From: a virus
Lineage: Duplodnaviria; Caudoviricetes
Length of the DNA: 64,000 bases
IMG/VR virus record: IMGVR_UViG_3300036802_000027
Location: 918 to 64,917 of that record
Strand: one strand, 5' to 3'
The notes below the pieces were generated by a model. It was not told the DNA's origin and searched no databases. It saw only the letters and a list, made by a program, of their open reading frames with translations. A program made the position numbers and the translations under genes. Positions 20,649 to 29,412 of this stretch are shown piece after piece (position 1 is the first letter of the stretch; each line of letters starts with the position of its first letter).

Positions 20649-21497
20649 GTGAGTGAAAATGAAAAACGACAACCGAAATCTTACAAGATATTCGGACAGC
20701 AACGAGAAAAAGTAGAGGACTTGTTCAAGCAGTCCGGAATCGAGTTTGAGGGTGATTTTCTTGATCATATGGCATCCGTCTACGAAATGAATCAACTAAA
20801 GACAGGTATTGGTGCAGGTTACCAGAAGCAAATCACCACACTTGAATACCACACAAAAAGTATAGTTGACTCTTTTTTGTCAATGGTCCAAACTGAAACT
20901 GCAGACCGCCTTCAAGTATCCGAAGATTATGAAGGAAAGCTCGAAGTTCGCGCTAATGAAGTCTTTGCACAGCAACAGGAAATCCGTTCCTTAATAAATG
21001 AACTGGACGAAAAGGCAACGGAGAGTAGCGATTTAAAGTTAAAAATGAAAGAACAGACGCAACTCATTGAGGCGCTACAGAAATCATCCGCTAAAGACGA
21101 CCTTATCCTCATTGAGAACCGCGACCGAATTGAACGTTTATCAAAAATGCTTACCGATAGTACCGACGCGGTAGACCACGCGAAGTTGTTAGAACAACGG
21201 TTTACCGAGTTGACCAAGATTACCGAGGATCAAGCGAAGCAACTTACCGAAGCACAGACGCAGCGTGAACTACTGGAACGTCAACATGAAGATGTTATCG
21301 AAGCACTTACGTCTAAGCACGCTGACGAGTTAGCACGTGGCGTAGAGCGCGCAGAAATCTCACAAGAGAAAGCCGTTTTAGCTGCTCGACGCGACCTCAT
21401 GGAACAGGTCGAAAAGGAACGCGGGGAGAATAACGCAGATATCCGCCGTCTGTATGAAGAATTGGACAAACTTCGTCAACAATTAAGTGAAAAGTAA
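20649..21497 (+). CDS. long coiled-coil protein (KfrA-like plasmid accessory protein)
   Basis: 282 aa, heptad-rich C-terminal two thirds, own promoter and terminator, opposite strand. Confidence 0.6.
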   Translation: MSENEKRQPKSYKIFGQQREKVEDLFKQSGIEFEGDFLDHMASVYEMNQLKTGIGAGYQKQITTLEYHTKSIVDSFLSMVQTETADRLQVSEDYEGKLEVRANEVFAQQQEIRSLINELDEKATESSDLKLKMKEQTQLIEALQKSSAKDDLILIENRDRIERLSKMLTDSTDAVDHAKLLEQRFTELTKITEDQAKQLTEAQTQRELLERQHEDVIEALTSKHADELARGVERAEISQEKAVLAARRDLMEQVEKERGENNADIRRLYEELDKLRQQLSEK

Positions 21498-21664
21498 TAA
21501 ATAACGTGGAAAAGACGCCATCTCCGTAAAGGGTGGCGTAATGTTGTCATTGTCTATAACGTATAGCCTTGAGAATGCGTAAAATATACGGGTGACGCGT
21601 TATATTTCGGGGAATTAACATAAAAAGAACTCCTTTCGAAGTCCTCTTTGTTGGCTATATTGAC

Positions 21665-21895
21665 TTATACGGAGTGCTTACTCGCTTGTGTTGTAACATA
21701 CTTGTAGCTGTCTTGGTCGAAATCATCCGTGGTTATCTCATACAAATGCACTCGATTCGCGTTTTGCTTGTAGGCTTCTTCGTGGATTTCTTCCTCTGTC
21801 CCTTCAACTAAATCAAAGTGTAAGTCGTCGTCTTCACTAATACTAGATCCCGGAGCGCTTGTATTGTTATTTAAGATTGCGTAGTATTTTGTCAT
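21665..21895 (-). CDS. small acidic protein (76 aa)
   Basis: GGAG RBS before ATG 21895; D/E-rich; followed by hairpin near 21620-21650. Confidence 0.6.
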   Translation of the reverse strand: MTKYYAILNNNTSAPGSSISEDDDLHFDLVEGTEEEIHEEAYKQNANRVHLYEITTDDFDQDSYKYVTTQASKHSV

Positions 21896-22069
21896 TTTAA
21901 TAGTCTCCTTCGCCCTCATCCGATCTATTCGGCTTATTGGTCTTTTGTTACTCTCTCGGTGTCCTTCTTATGTACCAAATATACCATATCTAGTGAAATT
22001 TGACGCAGGATTCCGTCCTTACCCCGTCGAATTACTTTCGTAATCCCTTACGAAAGGACTACGTTTATC

Positions 22070-22258
22070 ATGAAAATTACGCTTGTTACTGATACTCAAT
22101 TATTCGCCGCAGCCTTATCGCAAACACGCGTCACTATTTACGATACTGACGGGCGTATTGCGGACTACGGCGGTGTCATTGAGCGTTACTCTTTGTACTC
22201 TATACGGATCGGTGGCGCTTATTATATGCGGAGTAATTTTGTGTTCTGCGCCGGCTAA
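22070..22258 (+). CDS. hypothetical protein (62 aa)
   Basis: AAAGGA RBS; 'DYGGVIERYS' motif. Confidence 0.55.
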   Translation: MKITLVTDTQLFAAALSQTRVTIYDTDGRIADYGGVIERYSLYSIRIGGAYYMRSNFVFCAG

Positions 22259-22341
22259 GGTCTGTTACGGATTGCGCGATATAGTGCCAAAAGTGATATC
22301 GCAAGCGCGGCTATTGTAATCGTCCACCATAACGTTTCCAT
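22255..22341 (-). CDS. 28-aa membrane micro-peptide METLWWTITIAALAISLLALYRAIRNRP
   Basis: AGGAGG 8 nt before ATG 22341; single hydrophobic helix with basic tail; below ORF-track cutoff. Confidence 0.7.
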   Translation of the reverse strand: METLWWTITIAALAISLLALYRAIRNRP

Positions 22342-22445
22342 TGTACAGCCCTCCTGTTTGTTGAGTGAGGAAGCAAGTTGTGATAAAGTGGTTGGAAAGG
22401 GTCAGGGTCTTTCGACCCCTCGCCTTCGGTACTTAACGCATCCGC

Positions 22446-22571
22446 CTAGCCGCGATTTCGTTTAGTGCCTTTTTTCTTTTTACGGCTCTTTTTACCTTTA
22501 GTAGTTCGCAATACGATGATTGCTACTATTAGGTTTATCGTTGCCGTAGCGATGTCCAACCAATCTACCAT
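22446..22571 (-). CDS. 41-aa membrane micro-peptide MVDWLDIATATINLIVAIIVLRTTKGKKSRKKKKGTKRNRG
   Basis: AGGAGGTGAGG before ATG 22571; hydrophobic helix plus very basic tail. Confidence 0.75.
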   Translation of the reverse strand: MVDWLDIATATINLIVAIIVLRTTKGKKSRKKKKGTKRNRG

Positions 22572-22589
22572 TCCCTCACCTCCTACATA

Positions 22590-22656
22590 TAATATACCAT
22601 GACTCGTTTACCGTGTCAACAATTATTTGACACTCAATCCGTGTCAGTGTATATTT
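22590..22656. promoter_or_regulatory. back-to-back sigma-A promoters with TGACAC-N7-G(T/A)GTCA operators
   Basis: plus TTGACA-17-TATATT and minus TTGACA-17-TATATT; inverted repeats overlap both -35 boxes. Confidence 0.75.
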
Positions 22657-22677
22657 AGTTTATCGGAGGTACTTACG

Positions 22678-22881
22678 ATGACTATACATTCAAACTTACG
22701 AACCCTAACGGACGCTCGCGGCATCTCAATACGTGAGTTAGCGCGTGATATCGACTACCGTTTCGAAAGTGTACGGATGATGTACAATGACGAAATGGAG
22801 CGTTACCCGCGCGACCTTCTCGCTAAACTATGTGTTTATTTCAACGTTACGGCGGCGGAACTTCTCGTTTTACACGATTAA
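22678..22881 (+). CDS. XRE/Cro-C1 family HTH regulator
   Basis: 'SIRELARDIDYRFESVRMMYN...LAKLCVYFNV'; GGAGG before ATG 22678. Confidence 0.85.
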   Translation: MTIHSNLRTLTDARGISIRELARDIDYRFESVRMMYNDEMERYPRDLLAKLCVYFNVTAAELLVLHD

Positions 22882-22901
22882 AAAGAAAAGGATGTGTTGA
22901 G

Positions 22902-23027
22902 ATGAAAGCACGGGAAGAGTGGAAGAAAGCAAGCAGATTAAAACGGATCGATATACTGCTTTACGGATTACTTGCGCTGGGATTATGGGTCCATATTGTG
23001 CTCCTTATTTGTGGAGTTGAGTACTAA
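22902..23027 (+). CDS. 41-aa membrane peptide
   Basis: AAAGGA RBS; MKAREEWKKASRLKRIDILLYGLLALGLWVHIVLLICGVEY. Confidence 0.55.
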   Translation: MKAREEWKKASRLKRIDILLYGLLALGLWVHIVLLICGVEY

Positions 23028-23655
23028 CCCCTCGGCACTGCACGAATGGTTCCGTCAACTCTCCGCCGTTTTCTCGCAGATTATACGTAACAACTTTCCC
23101 AGGCGCTATATCACGTTCATACCGCGCCGCCCTTTCCTCATTACGAATCTTAGCGCCAGCATCTACGCGCCAGTTTTCGTAATTTGTCCGACGTCTGCGC
23201 TTTGGTACGCGGTAGTCACGTCCGTCAGTGCCGACTTCCTCCGCAGCCTTAAGACTCGTTTCACGGTCGCGTCGGAGGTCTAATTGGCGTTGGCTAAAGA
23301 ACGGGTACTCGTTATGCTGTACCTTGTACGGATTTGGATCTGTTATTTCCTCGTCTAATACCGCGTCAGCCAATCGGTCAATCAGCGCCGTATTCAACGT
23401 TAATGATACCGGACGCTCACCAGTGCCACCTCGCTCAACCCACGCATCTATATTGCGTTGATTAACGTCAGCATGCGCCTTTACATAGTCGTCTGATATG
23501 CGTTGGATTAACGCCATACGCTCGGTGCGGTCAGCTATATCGTATTCGATACCGCCGTAACCAAAACGGATATTCGCGTCATTCTTGCGTCGTTTAATCG
23601 TGACTTCTAAATCCGATACCAATACCGCGAATAGTTCCGTATATGTTAACGTCAT
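23005..23655 (-). CDS. conserved phage hypothetical protein
   Basis: GGAGG RBS, translationally coupled to methyltransferase. Confidence 0.7.
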   Translation of the reverse strand: MTLTYTELFAVLVSDLEVTIKRRKNDANIRFGYGGIEYDIADRTERMALIQRISDDYVKAHADVNQRNIDAWVERGGTGERPVSLTLNTALIDRLADAVLDEEITDPNPYKVQHNEYPFFSQRQLDLRRDRETSLKAAEEVGTDGRDYRVPKRRRRTNYENWRVDAGAKIRNEERAARYERDIAPGKVVTYNLRENGGELTEPFVQCRGVSTQLHK

Positions 23656-25193
23656 TAAACCGCCTCCTTTGTGCGTGCAATCGCAATATCAACGTATTCC
23701 TGTTCACGTTCAATCCCAACGTACCCAAATCCCTCACGTTTTGCAGCTACGGGAGTTGTCCCACTGCCTGCAAACGGATCGAGAACAACTCCGCCCGGAG
23801 GCGTTACTAAGCGTATGAGCCACGCCATAAGCGCGATGGGCTTAACTGTTGGGTGATTGTTCTTTTGCGGTATTTGCGCTGGTTCTCCGCGTTCAATGCG
23901 TGCTCGTTCTCCTGCACCCATCGCGTTTCGTGGATTCGTCATGTCGCGCCCGACGCTGTTATGCGTTCCTGATGTCTTTACCTCACCCTCGACCTCGTTT
24001 CCCATCCAATTCGCGTTACGATCCGCCTTACTCGCTTTCTTACAGACTTCGCGCGGCGTTACGTTGAAATACGGGGAGTAAAACGCGTTTTCGTCCAGCG
24101 TGATGCAATTCGCGGGAAACCGTCCGGCTGTTCCGTCATATACCGTATTGGTGTTTTTGTGTTCGTTCCATCCCGACGACTGCCCAAACTCACTAGAAGC
24201 TTTTCGCTCACGAATTACGCCCAGGCCCTCACCAATCCGACATCCGTCAATATTAATCGCGCCTGTACCGAACTTCTCGACCGTTTCGGCTACTGTACCC
24301 CCGAGCGGTTTCCTAGCGACGATAATCGGTTCGTGTGCGGGCTTGAGTGTGGTTCCCCAGCCGTCCCATTTACGGGCGAGTTCGGGGGCTGGAGCTGTTA
24401 AGTCAAATTCTTTTTTATACAGACCACCACTCGCATCTATTCCGTCATTAGCGTAGCCGACTTGACCAAGGCCTGTCGATTTGTGTTCAATAAACTCACG
24501 ATCTGCCCACGAGTCACCCGGCTTTCCTTTGCGTCCGTTCAATCGCCACACTTCCGCATCCATCTCGTCAGATAGCGAAAGTATTTCTTTAAGCTCCGCC
24601 CATTGATCTAATTTAGGTACGCGTGGCTTAACGGCCCCATCCGTCCAGTACGTAGTCCATTGCTGTGCGATATTCTCGGCATTAAAGTGCGCACAAATAT
24701 CCGAACGAGTCTTACCTTCGCGTTCCATAGCATCCACTATAAATCGCGCAACTTTTGCGTTAGCGCCTAAATCCTCTGTCCGTCTGCGGTCAAACGCCTT
24801 CCCGACGTCCATACTCTTCGGAAATCCGCTAAAATAAAGCCACTCGATAACGTCGCGAATCTCGAATCCACCGAGCCGCAGCGCAATCGTCATTAAGTCC
24901 TGCGTACGAGTTCCGGCGAACACTAACGCATGTCCTCCCGGTTTCAGTACGCGGAATACTTCGCGCCATAAATCCGGATGCGGAACGAAAGAATCCCACG
25001 CCTTCCCCATAAATCCGCCGTGACCGTGGTCATATGTTTCTCCGGCGACCCATTTCGTTAATACTTCCGCTATATTCGGCTCCTTCGATAACCCGTAAGG
25101 CGGGTCGCAAACCACACTATCGAAAAACGCGTCCGGATACCCTCGTAATACTTCCGCACTATCGCCGCACAACACTACGTTAATTTCACCCAC
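23655..25193 (-). CDS. orphan N4-cytosine/N6-adenine DNA methyltransferase (beta class)
   Basis: catalytic DPPY near N-terminus, 'HPTVKP' and SAM motif 'DPFAGSGTT' at C-terminus; no cognate restriction enzyme seen. Confidence 0.92.
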   Translation of the reverse strand: MGEINVVLCGDSAEVLRGYPDAFFDSVVCDPPYGLSKEPNIAEVLTKWVAGETYDHGHGGFMGKAWDSFVPHPDLWREVFRVLKPGGHALVFAGTRTQDLMTIALRLGGFEIRDVIEWLYFSGFPKSMDVGKAFDRRRTEDLGANAKVARFIVDAMEREGKTRSDICAHFNAENIAQQWTTYWTDGAVKPRVPKLDQWAELKEILSLSDEMDAEVWRLNGRKGKPGDSWADREFIEHKSTGLGQVGYANDGIDASGGLYKKEFDLTAPAPELARKWDGWGTTLKPAHEPIIVARKPLGGTVAETVEKFGTGAINIDGCRIGEGLGVIRERKASSEFGQSSGWNEHKNTNTVYDGTAGRFPANCITLDENAFYSPYFNVTPREVCKKASKADRNANWMGNEVEGEVKTSGTHNSVGRDMTNPRNAMGAGERARIERGEPAQIPQKNNHPTVKPIALMAWLIRLVTPPGGVVLDPFAGSGTTPVAAKREGFGYVGIEREQEYVDIAIARTKEAV

Positions 25194-25594
25194 GCAAACG
25201 CCTCCTCTTCGTTGTCTTCCGCTAACATCTCCACACTAACCTCTCCGTAATCCCACGCCTGATATACCGCTGCGATCCGTTGTACCGCGATATCTACGTA
25301 TTCACTAACGTTCTTTTGCGATATCTTCATCAACTTTGCCGCCTCTGATTGCGTAATATCAGCGCCATATACCCACGCGATTGCTTCCGCCTGCCGCGGC
25401 GTCAGATTCGCGGTATTCATAGCGGTGTGTAGATCGATGAGCAAGCACGATGCGTCCATGTCTCCGCCAAATCTCCGTGATGCGATGCGGTGGCGGTCGC
25501 GCAGTAGTGCTTTAACCCCTTCTGCGTCATTTAGCGCATATTTAACGCTGTATTGGCGTTCCATTTTCTCCGTATCTATTTTGACTGCGCCCAA
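25175..25594 (-). CDS. sigma-70 region 4-like transcription factor
   Basis: 'LTPRQAEAIAWVYGADITQSEAAKLMKISQKNVSEY' HTH. Confidence 0.75.
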   Translation of the reverse strand: MGAVKIDTEKMERQYSVKYALNDAEGVKALLRDRHRIASRRFGGDMDASCLLIDLHTAMNTANLTPRQAEAIAWVYGADITQSEAAKLMKISQKNVSEYVDIAVQRIAAVYQAWDYGEVSVEMLAEDNEEEAFAWVKLT

Positions 25595-25725
25595 TTATAC
25601 CGCCTCCAATTCGCTGGAACTCATGCTTGTCTGTTGCACAAGTTCCGCGTTTATATTACGTTTACTTTCCGCACATTTAGCGTATAATAAGCGTATAACC
25701 TATTATTGAACGGAGGATTCCGCCC

Positions 25726-26094
25726 ATGACGACTGAACAACCCGAAGCCAAGCGCTTCAAAATCGAAGAAGTACCGCTAGTCAACCTCTTTCTCGCAACA
25801 GATAAACACCGCCGTATACGCTTCTCAGCGGATATTATCGAGCTGTATCATCTACGCGACGATAGGAACGGAGTAACTCCGCGCGTCTCATTTGGCTACG
25901 ATCATGTAGCGAAAGCAATTGCGATTAAACTTGCGGCATCGTCTACGGACCCAACCGCCGCCAACATTGATAAACGCGGTTACACGTCTGCAGCGCATTT
26001 CTACCGTAAGACTCAACTTGCGGAGGTTTCGCGCCGTTTTGTGTTCGCCGCTGAACAAGACGGATGGCTCATATTTATTGCGGCGGAGGAATAA
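25726..26094 (+). CDS. hypothetical protein, possibly AbrB/MraZ-like swapped hairpin
   Basis: GGAGG RBS, own TATAAT promoter; 'TDKHRRIRFSA...VSFGYD'. Confidence 0.55.
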   Translation: MTTEQPEAKRFKIEEVPLVNLFLATDKHRRIRFSADIIELYHLRDDRNGVTPRVSFGYDHVAKAIAIKLAASSTDPTAANIDKRGYTSAAHFYRKTQLAEVSRRFVFAAEQDGWLIFIAAEE

Positions 26095-26241
26095 CGCCCG
26101 TTTCTTTCGCGACCTCTACGCTATCCTCGTCAGCAACGCGTTTGCCCGGCGTACGGCTATCGGGAACATTACCGCGAACACCGTCGATGAATCCGTACAT
26201 GTAGCCGGTTTCGTACGCTTTGCGATAATCGTCATAGGCGC

Positions 26242-26787
26242 TCATTCTGCTAACTCTCGCATGATGGCGTCAACTTTCGCATACAACTCCGCTAGCGTCC
26301 CGTCATTCACTATTTCGTAATCCACCGTGAATGAATCAACGTGCGACTCCGTATCGTGCGTTAAGTCACGCAGATTAAACGTATCAGCGGATTGGATGGC
26401 GCGGCCAATGCGGAGTGTTTCCGGTGCTTTGATACGGATAATAACGTAGGATTCCGCGCGGCAGCGGTCGTATTCGTTCGGCTGGCGTAGGTCCGTGATT
26501 ACAGCGCGGAATGGGATATGAGCGTAGTAAACTCGCTTTATCTCTGCAAAACACTTCCATACCCATATGTCCTCATCAATTAATCTGCGCATAAGTTGAC
26601 CGTGCGTTTGATAACCTATGCGCGGTTTAGGATCGCGTGGAATCTCCGGATAGCGGCGGTGAAAATCGTTCTTCAATTCGTCGCCGAACGCGAATTGCGT
26701 GTATCCGTAGTTTTGCGAAATGTAATCGCCGACCGTATCCTTACCGCTGCGAAGACCACCGCATATGCCGATATTGGGTAACGTCAT
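26242..26787 (-). CDS. deoxynucleoside monophosphate kinase
   Basis: P-loop 'GGLRSGKDTV', 'VITDLRQPNE', 'HDTESHVD'. Confidence 0.85.
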   Translation of the reverse strand: MTLPNIGICGGLRSGKDTVGDYISQNYGYTQFAFGDELKNDFHRRYPEIPRDPKPRIGYQTHGQLMRRLIDEDIWVWKCFAEIKRVYYAHIPFRAVITDLRQPNEYDRCRAESYVIIRIKAPETLRIGRAIQSADTFNLRDLTHDTESHVDSFTVDYEIVNDGTLAELYAKVDAIMRELAE

Positions 26788-28223
26788 TATGCGGACACCT
26801 CCTCGCGGGAATCATCGACAATGCGTACTTCATCGATATAAGCCCATCCGCCTCCAACGAATGTGAGCCCTCTATCTGCTTCGAAATAATCGCTTGGTTT
26901 AACGGCTTCGACTACGCGGTGCTTACGCTTATATCTGTATTCCTCATTAACGATATCCCCTACGCGAACCTCCGTAGGACTCGGCACGCTCACATACTCC
27001 GCAGGCACATCGAGTTCTAGCGCACGGAACAACGCAATCACCTTTCCGATATGAACGTTGAAGACTTCGCCAGGCGTGGCTTTAGCGCGTCCAACTACGG
27101 CTACCTCGTCGGTAATGTGTTTATAGCGACAAATTGCGGTTACCTTTCGTTTATCACGATTAACTACGAAATCAATCACTAAAGGTCCGTGTTCGGTATG
27201 CGCTGGAATACCGATTTTACCGTAAGCACCCGTTTTTACCTTATCTACCAACCACATAACGTCAGCCTTCGCACGCTCAACGATCTCATCGCGGATTTGT
27301 TGCGGAGACTTAGCTTCCATAACCTTCGATATACTGCGCATCTGCTCATCAAACGACATCAGAGTAGTTGTAGACTCCAACGTTGCCACGCGCTTTTCTA
27401 ACTCCGCAACTTTCAGCGTCAACGCTACGATGTTCGCTACCGATTGTTCCTGCGCGGGGCGCTCAGATAGTGGTGCGGATACTTTAGCGGTTGATAGCGG
27501 TTCGAGTACGCGGTATTCTACGCGTTCCGTATTAAGAAATCCGGTATCATCGTGCGTTAGCGTCGTGTCTATCGCTCCCTCGGCGAGGAAATCGCATAAC
27601 TCCGTACATACTCCGATCTGTCCAACGGCAAGCGTTTCGGTCTCGCGGTATTTTTCGCGAATAGCGGTAACAATAACGCGCTCGCCCACCGCTGCCTTCC
27701 GATCGACCATGTGGAATCGTTCGTTGTTGATGCGGATAATATTGGATGGTTCGAGGACTACGTAAGTAGCACGTTCTACATCGATAAAACCATCTTCATC
27801 GTGTGTGAGTGTTGTATCAATCGAACCATCATGAAATTGTCTGGTTCGAGTACATACGCCTATGCTGCCAATAATCGCCTCGCCATCACTAAGTGACGCG
27901 GTAACTTTAATCCGTTCCCCTACGCGCGCCTTACGGTTAACCTCGATATACTCATGTTCGATTACGCCGAGTGATTCGTCCTTCAATACCATGATATTTT
28001 CGATACTGTCCGCCTCCTCGATTTTTAATTCGTCAAATTCTAACGTGAACCAGTCGCGGTAACTTTCGCCTTCATGGTCAATTTCGATAGGCCACCATGA
28101 TTTATCCCCAACGTCGTCTACGATCACATAATCCCTAGCATACGTAGCTACAACCTTATACCGTTTACCTACCGTGATATCGCGTCCTTCATCGTTCTTA
28201 AAACAACGTAAGTACTTCGTCAT
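26787..28223 (-). CDS. multi-domain protein with tandem SH3/KOW-like repeats
   Basis: duplicated ~65-aa unit 'RKA(R/A)VGER...IDTTLTHD..GF...ER..Y.VLEP'. Confidence 0.7.
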   Translation of the reverse strand: MTKYLRCFKNDEGRDITVGKRYKVVATYARDYVIVDDVGDKSWWPIEIDHEGESYRDWFTLEFDELKIEEADSIENIMVLKDESLGVIEHEYIEVNRKARVGERIKVTASLSDGEAIIGSIGVCTRTRQFHDGSIDTTLTHDEDGFIDVERATYVVLEPSNIIRINNERFHMVDRKAAVGERVIVTAIREKYRETETLAVGQIGVCTELCDFLAEGAIDTTLTHDDTGFLNTERVEYRVLEPLSTAKVSAPLSERPAQEQSVANIVALTLKVAELEKRVATLESTTTLMSFDEQMRSISKVMEAKSPQQIRDEIVERAKADVMWLVDKVKTGAYGKIGIPAHTEHGPLVIDFVVNRDKRKVTAICRYKHITDEVAVVGRAKATPGEVFNVHIGKVIALFRALELDVPAEYVSVPSPTEVRVGDIVNEEYRYKRKHRVVEAVKPSDYFEADRGLTFVGGGWAYIDEVRIVDDSREEVSA

Positions 28224-28711
28224 CTAATCGTCTCCTCATTGTCAATTAGTTGCACCTTTACTCCCTGCCTTCCGAAATCCCACGCATCCTTTTCACGCGC
28301 CACCAACACGTCAATCTTACGCCCCTTAATCAATCCACCAGTATCGACGGCAATCGCCTTAAACATTGTGCCGTCAGCCAAGCGAATTTCCAGCGTTGAC
28401 CATAACGGGATTACTTTCGGATCAACCGCCACGACGCGGAGTTCACGGTGATATATCGTGTGCCTAACGTCAATCTCCGTTTTGGTAAAACCGGTACACC
28501 CCGTGTCGCACATCGCAACGTACGCCGAAGCGTCGAATGTTCGCCAAGTTTCTGAAGCTACAGGAGTTGTCTCCGTCGGATAATTGCCTGAGTTATCCGT
28601 CGTTGACTCCGTGATATTAGAAGTTAGCACTTCTAAATTCGGAGGGACACCGTTTATTCCGAACACTACCGTAATGACTACGATTGCTATTTCGATGATA
28701 CTTCGCGAGAT
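28220..28711 (-). CDS. 3D-domain cell-wall protein with N-terminal membrane anchor (probable ATC start)
   Basis: 'VVAVDPKVIPL', 'AVDTGGLIKGRKIDVLV' 3D motif; TAAGGAGG 7 nt before ATC 28711. Confidence 0.85.
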   Translation of the reverse strand: MSRSIIEIAIVVITVVFGINGVPPNLEVLTSNITESTTDNSGNYPTETTPVASETWRTFDASAYVAMCDTGCTGFTKTEIDVRHTIYHRELRVVAVDPKVIPLWSTLEIRLADGTMFKAIAVDTGGLIKGRKIDVLVAREKDAWDFGRQGVKVQLIDNEETIR

Positions 28712-28723
28712 TCGTCCGCCTCC

Positions 28724-28873
28724 TTATTTGCGCTTTACGTCTATGGCGATAAGCATTCCGATAATAAACCCACCAGTATATGCAATAAACCCCTCCGCAG
28801 GTGTTGCACCGCGTAATTCAACCGCGAGCATCTGCCACGCTAAACCTACGGTAAGCCCGAGTAGTGCCGCCAT
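28724..28873 (-). CDS. 49-aa membrane protein
   Basis: GAGG RBS; two hydrophobic segments; not in ORF track. Confidence 0.55.
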   Translation of the reverse strand: MAALLGLTVGLAWQMLAVELRGATPAEGFIAYTGGFIIGMLIAIDVKRK

Positions 28874-29399
28874 TTACTTCGCCTCTCTTTCGCTAAAATA
28901 CGGAGTTAACCACGCGTCAACTTTAACAATTTCATCGCGGATGCTTAACGCTAGTTCGGATATCTCCGCCTGCGCACCGTTACCTGGACGTCTCTTCGCG
29001 TAGAAATCGAGCAGCGTCCGTAGGTTACCGGTCATAACGAGGTTACACGTAGCTGCGTTCGGGAGGACCATGCGTGCGTCTTCCGCAGGGACTCCGGCTT
29101 TACGGAGATCGTCATAGGTACGCTGAGCGGATTCCATTGCGTAAGTGAATATTTCCTCCTTCGCCATCTGACGCGACATTACCGAAGTACTTTGCGCCTT
29201 CCTTTTCGACGATTTCCGTCGGCTTGAGCGGAGAGTAACACGTTCGGATTGCGGTAAGGGCGACTGCTGCGCGGTGGTTGAGTCCGTCGACTACGTAAGG
29301 ATTACGCATTTGACGAGTGACTCCGACGTCCTTTTCGTAATCAAACTGCGAGATAAATTCGTTCGCTAACGCTGAGTGTGCAATTAATTTAACGTTCAA
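28874..29399 (-). pseudogene. thyX: flavin-dependent thymidylate synthase with internal deletion and frameshift
   Basis: N-terminus 'AVALTAIRTCYS' and C-terminus 'GVPAEDARMVLPNA...GNLRTLLDF...AQAEI' in different frames joined at ~29155; RHRx7SxR motif absent. Confidence 0.85.
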
Positions 29400-29412
29400 T
29401 TTTCGTCCTCCT

